Of a stretch of 64,000 bases of DNA, positions 26,061 through 38,922 are shown in pieces. The notes under the pieces are model-generated. The model was not told the DNA's origin, searched no databases, and saw only the letters and a list, made by a program, of their open reading frames with translations. Position 1 is the first letter of the stretch; each line of letters starts with the position of its first letter. The stretch spans positions 128,624-192,623 of the forward strand of contig NMRA01000310.1 in assembly GCA_002633005.1 (NCBI GenBank). The letters run 5' to 3'. The position numbers were made by a program, and so were the translations under genes. The stretch comes from Phoronis australis. Taxonomy: Eukaryota; Animalia; Phoronida.

Positions 26061-27214
26061 ACGACGTATACAGCATGGGACAGGTACAGTGACGTGAACC
26101 AAAAAATAGTTCGTGAAGTTTGTTTACAAATGCATTGGTGACGTCACGAACTCTTCGGCTGCTTCAAAATAAAGTTACTTTGCTCGCTCCGTTTTCTACA
26201 GGCTTCAAATTCTTGCAATTAGACACCTCCTGCAATTTGTTATGCGTCTCAAACAGATTTTGGACTACATCCATTAATTTCGCAACGTAGGGTTTGAAAC
26301 CCGATATAGTCTCCTACTTCGCAGTTGGTCACCAGAAACATTTTTCTCAGATGACGAGACCTGTTTTCGGTGACCACTGACGTTTGTCTTTGCTGATGCC
26401 ACCCTTCATATTATTTCAAAGGATTCCAGTGCATCTTGCAAAACAACTTGCCATGACAACGCCTATCTAAACATTCAGTTGGACCGCCAACTGTGTGTAT
26501 TCTCAATGCAAAAGACCTGTGACCTTGCGCACAAGCCGCGACCAACAATGCGTTTGCTTCACTATTGGCCACTATTTTCTAGCGGGCTTGATGCTATGGC
26601 CTTTTTTACCTCTGTTAAGTACGGATGTAAGGCTACGATTCGGGCCTAAAAACGAATGAAATAGAGTGATTCAGGTTTAAACGCAATTAGGTAGACTAAA
26701 TTGGAAGTGACTGCTACTAATGGTATTCAGTAGTTCATTCAAGTTGTTTTGAGAAATTGAGCTTCTTGTCTTTTTTAGCCGGATACAAAAGCGACATCCT
26801 TGGTCAGTGCGTTTGGCACGAAGACAGGTACTCTTACTTCAGACAAGTGGAAATTAGCAAAAATCTGACTGGTAACGACATATTTCAACCTAGATTTCTC
26901 GTGCAAGACCATTTGGATTCTTATCTCCTCTCTTAAACATGGACAATAGTGAATTTTCATTTTAAAGAAAGGCCAACATCGCAATTTTTGGTCATTTTTG
27001 CTTTTAATTTTTTTCCGGTGGACGTAGCAAAGCAAAAGCAAATGACTTTTTTGAACTTCTTCATCTCTGAGAAACCCTATTGGGTGTACTTTTATGCCCT
27101 TTGTCTTGAGACAGGGTGTAAACAAGGGAGACCCGTGATGACGTCATAATCAACCACTCGAAGTGTGGTCTTTGCCACGTCGTGTGCTCACTAACCGGAA
27201 GTTGAGTGCTGTAT

Positions 27215-27797
27215 TGGCTCGCTGGTTCCCTGCGTGCCGCTAGGTGGGGCGGTAGCCGCGCCAGCACGCAGGTATCACTTAAATTTCCTCTGTAAATTTT
27301 TTTACACCGGCGTTTCTGATTGGCTAGTCGATTCGTCAACAGGCAGCGCTTTGCGCAAACAAACTGGCATGGCTGATGGACTGAAGTGTAAATGTGGTCT
27401 GTTGTACAGACAAATCGGTGCTTAAGATTTATGTTCAGGAAATGTGAAGCCTAGAAATTGTGACTGAGCCTTTTCGGAATGCATCTTTCTACTGTCGATG
27501 ACTTTTGTTTACGATAATGTCCTTATACACTATGAATAACACACCGGTTAAATCGGCCACATAATGTGTGTTTATTGTGCATGTATGTGTTTCAAGCACG
27601 CGGCTATTAAACATCACTGCAGAAACGAAATAGTTGCTGCGACGCCACTTGCATGACAAGGCTAAAAATCGTTCACAGTCCGCCATTTTTTCAAGGTGTT
27701 GTAAAGCTAACCAATGACTGCCAAGATTACATCGACCAATGCTAAAGCGCGTGCCACTAGGTGATACCTGCTAAGCACGCAGGGAACCAGCGAGGCT
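27215..27797. mobile_element. ~580-bp MITE (TIR GCCTCGCTGGTTCCCTGCGTGC); second copy at 34172-34748
   Basis: Inverted termini gctcgctggttccctgcgtgc / gcacgcagggaaccagcgagg. About 500 bp of internal sequence is clearly homologous to 34200-34740. Confidence 0.85.
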
Positions 27798-28709
27798 GTA
27801 TTGGAAGACACTGGCGCCTTGAGTTCTCTAGAAACAGTAATTCGGAGTTGCGAATCTGATATCAGTGATCTATGTTGGAATTGAGAGATTGCCTGCGATT
27901 GTATTAGAGCCGTGAAATTAAAGAGAATTGTGATCCTCTGAAGCATTTTTGACATGTTTTGGATGCTTTTCGTAACAACAGAAATGAAATCTCCTAGGAA
28001 ACATTGTGGGCGTATAAATGGAAGACTGTAACTTCAGAGTCACTCGTTCTTATTCTTGTACGCCTTTTGATATCTCCATGTCCGGCATTTCGCGCAATCT
28101 ACTTTATCTTTTTGTTCTCGTCGATAAACTATGTAGTTCGAAGATCCAGGCTCAGCGTGTGAACCATTTGATTTTAATTATCTTGTTTCTGTGATCTTTT
28201 GAAAACTGTAACTTTGGAACAAAAAAAAAACTCTTAAAAGACCCGGAATAAGTCTTGCATTCAACTTTCAAACGTGACACTATAAACATCGATTTTACGA
28301 TTCCAGTGACATTTCAAGTAAAACGAATTCTCTAATAAACGACAAGATATATAATACAATGGCGGCCATCTTTGGAAAAAGAAAAAGAAAATGCAAGCAA
28401 ACATCATCACAGGTTAAGTAGTGTGCCTTGTTCACAGCCATCATCTTTTTGAAACAAGGGAATGCGTGAATGGCCGGAAACAGAATTATAGTATAAGTAC
28501 ACGTGATGTGTCCTGACTATCTGCACACTCCGTATAGCCAAGAACCTCACGAAAATAACCGATTACGCAATTCTTTGTGAGATATCGCCATACACTGAAA
28601 ACGAAGCACGTGATCACACCAGATTTTCTCGTCAGTGTCTTGGGTTTATTTAACGCAACCCTGGCCATCGCCTTTATGCGCTTTCTAGAGAATGACACTA
28701 TTCATATAC

Positions 28710-28800
28710 CTATTATCTCTTTGTGTCGGTTCCAGATAACTTCTTCCTGTTTGTCACTGCCCAGGAGGCATCGTTGTACCTTGGCCAACGTGGTTGCCAT
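28710..28800 (-). CDS. Candidate alternative first exon (MATTLAKVQRCLLGSDKQEEVIWNRHKEII)
   Basis: ATGG start, 30 open codons, then ATAG|gtatat (phase 1), which is compatible with the 24841 exon. Short, and the donor is moderate. Confidence 0.3.
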
Positions 28801-29741
28801 CAGTTGATGAAAAACTATTAGTACACTTAAAAATATGTTTTATCAGGCAAACGTTGTTGCCGTGACAACGGATTTGATGAAGTGCGTGAATGCAATGTCA
28901 CACGGCCAATTAAGTAAAATCTGCCATTCTCGGAAACATTATCTGACGTTGACCAATGTTTAGCTGCCATGCTTCCGCGGTTGAAATGTCGATTTACGCA
29001 GAGTAATGCCTAAAATTTCTCGCTTTAATCCTACCAACGTGATCTCTATTGAGCAGTCTGAACACAGACATCGATTTACGCGTAGGAACTACCACACATA
29101 TACAAAATCAGAGTTTACATATATTTGTGAGAAGTCTCTTATCTGTATGCAGGGCCCAAGAAAAATGTTCAAAACTGGTCAACTTTGGAACATAAAATCT
29201 CAGAACTGGTTTATTGGAGTCACATGAGACTGTCATGTACTGTGCTTTATGCACTGTCTATTACGCTGTTAGGAATTGCTTTTAAAATGTTCAAATTGTG
29301 CATGAAGGCCATCAAAAATAGAACTTTCGCTATTTTTATGAAAAACTCTCCAAAACGAAATGACAATTTAGTGAAAAGTTACAGAATTTTTGAGGTTTCA
29401 TCTTGAACATTTATATGAAACAAAATTAGACCATGTTGTTGATACCGTTGAACAAAATGGAACTGCTTTTTATTCGCACACATTTACATGTGTATGTGCA
29501 TATTGCCGTCATCTCTCTCCGGACTTGCAGGCGTCCATCGACCAATCACCCCAGTGGTTGTTAGGTTAAGCACTAGGAGATTTCGCTCTTTTCGCTGCAA
29601 ACCTGATCCACGGAACGTATCCAGTCAGGTGAGAAGAGCAAACGCGTAAGAGTGCGTTGAAGTCGAATAGAAGTGGCTGCATTCCTGTGCTCCGTCAAGG
29701 AAACCAACCATTGGGGTTTAGATCACTTTTCGCTATAGAAC

Positions 29742-29840
29742 TTTATTTATTTATTTATTTATTTATTTATTATTGTGATATTTAAAATGAGGGTGGCCTC
29801 TTCAGTGACAGCACTGCTTTCCAAGAGGGCCCTAACCTGA
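29742..29840 (-). mobile_element. LINE/SINE 3' tail (L2/Crack-like)
   Basis: The minus strand reads gggccctcttggaaagcagtgctgtcactgaagaggccaccct (stem-loop) followed by an (AATA)n tail. Confidence 0.55.
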
Positions 29841-32778
29841 ACTTGTTCTGAACTCATATGAAAAATGGTTTTTGATCTTGGAAAATACTGACAGTTCGTC
29901 ATTGATTGAGACCATGCTTGGAACATAACGCCATCTGTCGTTACAAGCCAACTTGTACATGTACATCCTGGACTCAAGCCAAATGAATAACGAACTGTCT
30001 ATTCTTTCCGAGTTCCAAAATCACTTCTAATTTGACTCTCAGACTAATTGCATCTAAATAATGGCCTAAATCAAATATTTTTAACGGACATCATGTTCAT
30101 ATTGACTTTAACAGATTGACCATGAAAAACGCAGGAACGGAAAAAGATGTAAATCAAACCCACCGTTATTTTAGAGTTCCTGAAAAGAAGATCATTTTCA
30201 GGTAATGGTCGCTTCGTATGCACGAGTAGGAGAGACATCTACGAAAATACAGTGAAAAACGTGCGTCTAAAGTATACGAATGCACGTAGGAGTAAACAGC
30301 TGTAGTAGTTAATACTTTTCATACATTCAGGCACCTAAAATGAATTTACGTAGGAAAAAACATAAAATAAGATATCAAGGATAGATATTAAGTTGAAATA
30401 AACCCAGTAATGAATTATAAAACATCGGCAAATAAATAACAGTCGTAAAAAAGAGAAACATATAATTCGCAGCTTTGTATACAGGCGCATTGCCCCAACT
30501 GCGCGTTTTATACAGTAGAAATTGTATTCGAATGGCAGTATTTTTGTTATTTGACGCTATTTTTAGAATGGAACACGAATGCCCGCCAAAAATACAATTT
30601 CTGACGTAAGTGCCATCTCGCAAAGTTTTATAAAGAGGAATTCACTTTCCCTGTAAGAAAAAAAAATCGCTTAAGGTAAATGGTCTTATTTTCAATGTTA
30701 GGGAAATACGCTACGCCTATGTCTTACCATACCAAATAAGGAGACGTGCTTTGCCTTGTGGGAGAAAAATCGACAAAATGGTGAGCAGTTGAAATTTGAA
30801 ACTAAAAGAAAATGCTTTGATGTCATCATAATTAAAAAAATCTTTACAGACAAACCTTAAAAATACCTGGTGAGCAGGTTGAATTGTGTTTCAGTGGCAT
30901 AGAATCACTTTCAATATTGCAATTTAGTCTAGTTTATCGCGTTCCAAGCATTTTAAACATTGCTGTCTGTAAAAAATGCAGTTTGGAAGCCCACGTGGAC
31001 ACTTTCCCCTAGGCGAATTGTGGTTTGGCGTCCCCCTTACGGCATCCTCAATACACTGAACCGAGTTGTCATATACTCGGGGAGGTATCAAATTCTTTTT
31101 ATTGCTCTCAAGTGAACAATGGAAAAATTTGTGAGACCTGGAGAGCGTTCCGTAGACCTAATTTCTTGCGAAAAAATCTAGAACTCGCAAGACCTCCCAA
31201 ATTCATGCGAGTAAAAAGCGAGTATTTGGCAATTATGCTTAGGAGCTCAGTGCTAGCTTATCCCAGCAAAAATGGAGGACGCTGAAGTGATTGGTCAGCG
31301 AGGTTGGAATGTTGCATTATGGGATTGAACTCAGTTTTTCCGTTCCATAAGTGAAGATTTTCTACCCAAATGGAAGTTTATGTCTTAATTGCGGTCTACG
31401 AAGCTCAAAGTTGAACCAGACAAAATTTTTAAATAACTACATGTATATTTGCGGCTTGTACGAAGCCGACTGCTCGCTGGAAGCCCAACGAGGCTACGTA
31501 TACACGATCCATTTTCGAATTCGAAATTTTGAGGTTGACTGATCAATAGTTTGAAGCAGTTTCTTAAAGCAGTTTCTTAAGTCGCTGATGGTTCCAATGT
31601 TCTTGTTGATGACGGAAATAGAAATCCTATCAAGGTAAGAGATACCATGAGGACGATTTTATGAGAGTGAATGACCTAATCTGATTTTCGTTTTTTTTTT
31701 AGCAAGCTAAGCAGAACGAAATGCAACTTAAACTAGGTTATCGACCGAGTGCGTCTACGTGTGGCTGACTTCTTCGCAACACAACGATATTACAGAAATA
31801 ACGCAAGATCGCTTCACCAATCAAATTAGCAGGTGGCTTGGATATGATCATTGTTCTAGGAACAAAAATACTACACCACATCTTCTTTCAGAAAATAGTT
31901 AACAACATCTGGTTGTTAAGTGGCGATGAACCCGCCTTCCGTTCAGTAACGCTAGGACCTCGCTAAGAAGCAAGATTTCGCGTGATTACAGGAGATATTG
32001 CCGTGCATTTTGCATGAGAATTCGTGACTTTGGTTAGATTTTACCTGGATCCTAGCATAGGTCCTAGCGTCACTGAACGCCCGCCCGCCTTCTGTTAAAT
32101 AACTGCTTCTAAATTAGGCCACGTTCCGTAACAAAACTCATCTAAAATTGTTCCTTAGTCAAATGAAATGAAATAACCGACAGTTCGGTAAGTGCTTAAG
32201 ACGGTGCTCGTAGCATTAAATCACCCGCCGTGACAAATCCCCTCATTGAGTCAGAACTCAAGCAATAGCGAACTTTTGAATTCTTCTAAGCTGAATCGTC
32301 TGTGCTACGATGCTATTACCTCATTTTTTGGCGAGATGTGATCCAAATCAAAAGTTATATTTTGACTGAAGTCGGGTTTAGGACGCGGCAATGGACGGTT
32401 TATTTAATAGAACGACTAGCTCACTATGGTAGTTATGCAAAGCCAAACCACGACAAACACGCGATGACTCTCATTTTCGTTCGACATCATTTCATAAAGA
32501 AAATTAAAATGTTTTTGAAAAATACATTAAAAAACTTTTGTGACAGGCCCACTCATGATTAGCTAACAAATGAATTTAAATTTTTATTAACATTCAAGTG
32601 AAACTTTTGATTTTGACAAAGAATTAGTTGTGAACTGGTGGAAGTAAAAGATAAAATAACAGTCACGAGGACGGACATCAAACTAGTTATCAAAATATGG
32701 GTCCCCTGCAAATGACTATTGTCTAAATTCACTTTAGAATCGTGAAACTGATGATGTAGATCGTACCTCATTTTGTAC

Positions 32779-33109
32779 CGTTGACTAAACTAACTTTAGG
32801 CCTCTGGGTTCTAGAAGATACAAATATTGCGTCAGTTTCCCGTTTCATACCTGTGAAATACCTATTTTTCTTGGTCAGTCTCGGCCGGTGACCAAGATAG
32901 CTGTCAAGAAGCGAGTCGCGTTTGTCTATCAAGGCACTCGTCACGTCGAACAATGAACTTCGTCGCCGCCTGCTGAATGAGCCACCGACAGCGGGGATAG
33001 CACTCGGCGAGGCCCCGGACCAGTCGTCTCTCACGACTGCGTCGTCGTCATTTTGCGGACCCTGTTCATTCCAGTAGGCCAGTTCCAAATTCTCGTATGA
33101 TCCCGACAT
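32779..33109 (-). CDS. Probable first coding exon of a minus-strand gene (MSGSYENLELAYW...RRRRSSLFDV...GHRPRLTKKNRYF...QRPK)
   Basis: ATG-initiated 113-codon ORF, GC-richer than its flanks, with a protein-like composition. Two possible donors: AAA|gttagt (exon end 32795, phase 0) and AACG|gtacaa (exon end 32779, phase 1). The phase-1 donor joins in frame to the 24841 exon. TATA-like motif upstream. Confidence 0.65.
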
Positions 33110-33378
33110 GGTTTGCAGTACACGTATCTCTGATATTCAGTTGGTTTGTGTCAACACGTCTCGAGCCCTCGCCACCCACCAACAGTCTTGCTTTGTCAAC
33201 ACCACTCTTTCTTCGCATGTTCCAACACTAATTACGAGACCACAAGTAGCGTCTAATTTTGAAACGCACACGAACACCATGTCCGAGAGTGACAGACGAC
33301 AAGATTCTGTAATCGATGTGAGCATGCGTCCAGCGGTTTCCTGTACATAACCACCGCGGCGAAGAGATCAGTCGTTAA

Positions 33379-33385
33379 TTATATA
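33379..33385 (-). promoter_or_regulatory. TATA-like box (TATATAA) upstream of the 33109 exon
   Basis: The minus strand reads ctgTATATAAttaac about 270 nt upstream of the ATG at 33109. Confidence 0.35.
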
Positions 33386-36300
33386 CAGCTGGTCGCAAGG
33401 GTAATATAATAAGAACTCTTTTTACTATTCTTTATGAACTCCTTCACGAAGACGTAACGTGACACGGGTGCTCATAATAAACGGAACGTGTTATTACAAG
33501 CACTGTAATATTGTATCAGAAGTGAACAGTATGAGTTCTCATGTTTCCTTTTATTTGCGTACTGATGATAATTACTTCGTATGAAACACTGATATTTCAT
33601 GGCAGGCTCACTTTGGTTTTGTATCGCCGTTTCTCAGCATTAGAAGCATTAGATATTTCTAGTTAATAAACCTGTTGGCATCCATTATACACACGTACAT
33701 GTATATGCACATGCACACAAACACATGTAAAACATATGGGGTAATAGACCTTCGAGTGTGCATATACAGCTAAAGCTTATTTTCCTTTGCAGCATAATGT
33801 TCGTTCATACGTGCTAAATAGGTTTTTCAACAAAGGAGCATCCGTTAATAATTGACCAATACTCATGTAGCATGAGCAAAACAAAAAAAGCATGAATATG
33901 GTTCATTTTGGTAATATTTTGGAGCGACACAGGTTCATTATTCGTCGGGAGCAGTAAAACACACATCCCGAACAACTTGTGTATTTTCGTAAAGTCAAAT
34001 TTTCCGTCGCCGGGAGGTGAACGTTATCTGGGCGTGTGCGAACTTCAGTCATATGACAAGTCATGTGACTTTCAAACTGGAGCATTACTGGCTTATGTCT
34101 GAAGTACACACATGCGCAGATAACGCTCACCTCCGATAACAAATTTGAAGCTACAACGTCATCTGGGTATGTACCACCTAGCGGCACGCAAGAAACCAGC
34201 GAGCCAGCACGCAGGGATCACTTAATTTTCCTCGGGAATTTTTTTTGCACCGGCGTTTCTGATTGGCTTGTCAAATTCTCAACAGGCAGCGCTTTATGCA
34301 AACACTCTGGCATGGCTGATGGAGCAAGTGTTAATGTGGTCTGTTGTACAGACAAATCGGTGCATAAAATTTATGTTCAGGACTCTGAATCCTAGAAATT
34401 GTGATTGCACCTTTTTGGAGTGCATTGTACTGTCGATGACTTTTGTTTACGATACTGTCCTGTATTCATACAACATGAATAACGCACCGGTTAAATCGGC
34501 CAGATATGCGTTTATTGTACATAAATGTGCTTCAAGCACGCGGCTATTAAACATTACTGCAGAAACGAAACAGCTGCTGCTACGCCACTTGCATGACAAG
34601 GCTAAAAATCGTTCATAGTCCGCCATTTTCCACGTTGTTGAAAAGCTAACCAGTGACTGCCGAGGTTACACCAACCAGTGCTAAAGCGCGTGCTACTGTG
34701 TGATACCTGCGTGCTGACTAGGCACCGTCGTAGGGAACCAGCGAGGATGCCACTAAGAAAAGACAATTCAACATGGTAAATCTGTGACATTTCCCAAGTC
34801 CACATATGAATGAAGTAGTACGTCATGTGGACCGTTCAAATTTCAAAGTTTAAATCCATATTACAAAACATGTTATGAACTATTGGAACCGGTTTTATAT
34901 GTCCCACATTTTGCTGGAAGTTTGCGTCTGCTGCTGTCAGGATGACAGTGTGGTGAGGCGATTAGTGTCGCCGCACATCGTCCATTACCTTGTCTGCGAC
35001 AGGTAATTTCCTGGTAATTACTCAGAAACTTAAATTTAAACACGATTTGAAGTCAATGTCATTCATCATGCCCATTGATGAAACAAGAAAAAAGTTAAGC
35101 TTTTTTGAACGACAACATATTCTCGCACAGTTCTCGGGGTTTTAAGACGGCTCCTTATTCACCAAATAACTCAGTTTTGTTTCACCTGTTTTGCCTATGC
35201 TTGCACAAGCCTTATTGACAAGGAAACTAGCGTTCAGAAACCCCGGCTTTTGGTTATTCTTAAAAGCCACCATTCGTCCAATCTACTTGTTTTCTGCTTA
35301 TATTGCGTTTTCTGCCTCATTTTACTTGTCACGGAACAACACCACTCATCCAAGTATCAAAATCTTCAGTTTCAGGTTATTGATGAAATTGTGAGTAGTA
35401 AACAATCACTGTTTTATGTCTTTGTTTACAAAAACACTGTTGACCTTGTGCACGCGCAGCATCGTGTGACCGAGCGACACTCGGGGACAAACAGTGAATT
35501 GTTTAGTGTTGTGGTTAAAACAAATCCAACAAAACTTCAGTCGTTGTTCGCACAACATTTTGGGACAGATTTGTGAAGCTTGTTCAGGAAATGGTATCGT
35601 ATTGTAATAGCGGTTTTGGGAAGAAATTTAGCGAAATTAGCAACTATTGGATAGGTTTTAATGAATGTCGTTAATTGGAATCAACAATGGTATGTTTTTT
35701 GCTCAGTAATAGTCATGTGAAAAAAGTTAATACCACTAAAGTTGCAATTGCACCATCACGTAGAACGTGAGATTTTGAGAAGCAAGGAATCCAACTCGAT
35801 ACGACACCGCAGGTACATGTCACAGGGGAGATAACATAACCAATGTCTACTACAGACGATTGCCTTGGTAATGACTATTCACAATTTGCTTTACAACTGC
35901 ACACTAGAAGGTCGGGAGTTATTCAGAGAGTATCAGCGAGTGTACATCAAGCTGTCCAACCGAAAGTAGGCTACAGTGAAGTTTTACACACCATGAAAAT
36001 TTGAGTGTTAAATCTATTGTATGTATTGGTGTATAATGGTTTTGCTTTTTCGTTTCACTTTGCTAAAACACAGCAAACACTGATAGGGCCTATATGAAAA
36101 CAGGATAATGAAATAATAATCTAAAAAAATAAGTGCACCGTTAACACCACAGATGGCAGTAAAACTCAACCACGTATTTCAACGAGGTTTGTAAAGACTT
36201 CAATTTTTGTTTACAAAAAAGAAAAATGCTCAGGTAGCTGACAACAGGATGCACGTGTTCTGAACTTACTATCCTGTCCTGCGTGATTGATCGCTGTGGT

Positions 36301-37377
36301 TGAAGTGTTGAATTGTGGGATCGAACACACTGTTTCCGTTCAATAAGCGAAGATTTTTCGCTGCGAGTGCAAAATAATACCTTCGGTATTAGGAATACAG
36401 CCGCTGTAAACATGGCCCGCCGACATGCAACACGTGACAGATGATTATGACCAAGAGTTAATGACCACCCGCCGGCTCGTGCAACGCATTTATTAATCAC
36501 CAATATTTGATCAAGTTGTCAAGAATGCTGCTACGCAATAACACAAGTCAAATGCCCATCTTGCAGAGTCTAGTTTTGTATTGCTTTCTGTACTTACGTC
36601 GTAAAACATGGTATTATTCAGCAATCCAAATCCTGTTATACTCCGCAACATAGCTCCTCGCATACCCCAGGCAAAATAGATTTCAATAAAAAAAATCCAA
36701 AATGCACATACTCGGGTTTTCACTCGGCAGCAACAAAACAGTGTTCTTACTGATTTCGCATGATAACGTCACTTCATTGAAGAAACACTTTTCAGTGTCG
36801 ATTTCAGTAGTCCAGTCTTTGTGTTCAGACGACTAGGATTGTGACAGGAAATCTACATATCTGTGCTCAGATGACGTATGAATTTATAAAATCGTTAACG
36901 CCGGATTTTGCATTCTAAATATTTATTAAGATTTAAAGATCCACCAATCAGAGTTCATTGGATAAACCATTGAATCTACGTGATGAAACACTGATTTCGG
37001 AATCGACCATTCATTCACGAAATAGGCAGTACAATGCTAACGGTCACGCTTTCCTGTTCAAAATAGGAGTGCCTGGACTATTTAAGTTCAAAACAGACGT
37101 AATGAAGCAATTTTTAGTTTTTATACTTTTTACAAATCTCAAAATTGTTACTTTTCAGTAATGGTGGCGACGATGACAACGACGACCACGACTGAGTGAC
37201 TTTGGTGAGAATATCTGAACAACTGCACAATTTTGCGATTTATTTAGTGAAAAACGTTCATCATCAGATCTTGTACTGTTGACATCTTTGATTCAATTTC
37301 CACGCGTATCCAAAAACAGTGCATCAGACATATGCGCGAAGGAGTAAGGCTAAAATCTGACTATCATGAACCAAGAA

Positions 37378-38080
37378 TCTATTGTATAATCTATTATATA
37401 AAATCTATTATATAAAATGCATCGTTTGCACAAACTCCGTCTCCCCCGCTCCACTACAGACCTTCGTTGCGCCCGTTTAGGCACCGCCTTGGTCCTAGGT
37501 ATTGCACCGGCCCCCTATTTGGATTCGAGGTGTTCTACTATTTCTTTTTCTTGCGGGCCATTTTTTCGCAGACGCGGAGGGAGGGTGGCCAGTTTCGTAC
37601 TGGCCTTGGTGACGTCAGTCCGTCGGCTCAATGGCCTGGGTGACGTCACTCCGTCGGCTTAATTTCACTTCCTCCGGCTTCTGTCACGTATACAATTCAT
37701 CTGGCCTGTCGCTGCCAAAATTACCCTGGTGTTGGAAAATTGGCGTTCTTCTGCTGCTAAATTTGCGATGCGCTCTTTGGTCGCCATTACGTCACCTGTT
37801 GGCCAATTTCCATGTTATTCAATAACATGTCATAACAATCGCAAGTGGTTTCATTTCAGTACAAGTTTTCACTATTTTATGATCAGAAAACCCAATTTCA
37901 GAAAAAAAAACTCCCGAGAGATATCGCAAAATTTTCGGAAATGGCGCATACGTGCGGGTGCCACAAGTATGCACTGTTTTCAAAACGACCACAGATTTCC
38001 TTTGTTACAAAAGGCGGAGAATTACGAAAACTAACGTTTATTAGATTGTCTTTTTACTTCTATAAACGGCTGTAACGGGC
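37378..38080 (+). mobile_element. Possible non-autonomous Helitron remnant
   Basis: Begins with a triplicated TCTATT(A/G)TATAA(AA), a Helitron-like 5' TC end. Contains a GC-rich 31-bp tandem duplication with TGACGTCA. No clear 3' CTRR was found. Confidence 0.35.
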
Positions 38081-38859
38081 AAGGTGAATGTCGGTTCATT
38101 CCCAGATTCTGCATGCATCCCCCTTGTTAGCTCTAAGTTTCACGACGAGGTGACAAGCTGAGCACGGGGGTTCGGTGACGATTTCGGTGTCTAACCGGAG
38201 CTCTACACACACTAGCTACCTAGCTGTATGTTGACGATAGTCTTCATACAGCTAGCTGGCTTTCTACCTCAGTATGTACATTTATGATGCAACTTTTGTA
38301 ATATACAGTATTTAAATGCATTCTTAATTTTCACTTTAAAGAATATCTGATTACTGTACTTTGTGTTACGGCAGAGTCAAATGTTCTGGAAAGAAATTTG
38401 TACTGCCTAGAGAAATAATCCAGCAGCCGCACACCTTGCCTACTAAAATCTGGCAGTGACTGAAATTCTGCTTGAAGCTTTGAACACGGCCTTTTCAAGA
38501 AGTATTCCTGTCTCTTGCGATGAACACTACTGTTCACTCTTAGTCTAAGTATCTATTACCTTCTGCGTTTCGCACTAGCTGCCTGGTATCGCTAGTAGAC
38601 ATATAAACAAGGTATTGGCTTATTATCGTTGAGAGGTATGACGAGTGTACTTCATCATTCTGATATGCTTAATTTAGTAGCGAGGATAGCTTTGACGTAC
38701 ACAGCTGTCTTCTACGGAGAACATGTTCACTAGGAGTCTTTAAAGGGAAATACTGAGTCATTAACTTAAGAGGGAATGTTGTGTAAGTCATTCGTTACAT
38801 TAGAGGTCACAGGTTAATAAACAGACAAAGCAAGCTGTTGTCAATACCTGTAACGTTCC

Positions 38860-38909
<50 letters not shown>

Positions 38910-38922
38910 TGTATGTATGTAT
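38860..38922 (+). repeat. Compound microsatellite (TA)n(TATG)n
   Basis: Directly visible in the sequence. Confidence 0.98.

Noticed and set aside
26775-27125. 116-aa minus-strand ORF as a THAP or zinc-finger protein
   Set aside because: The Cys/His spacing does not fit THAP (C2CH) or C2H2 patterns.
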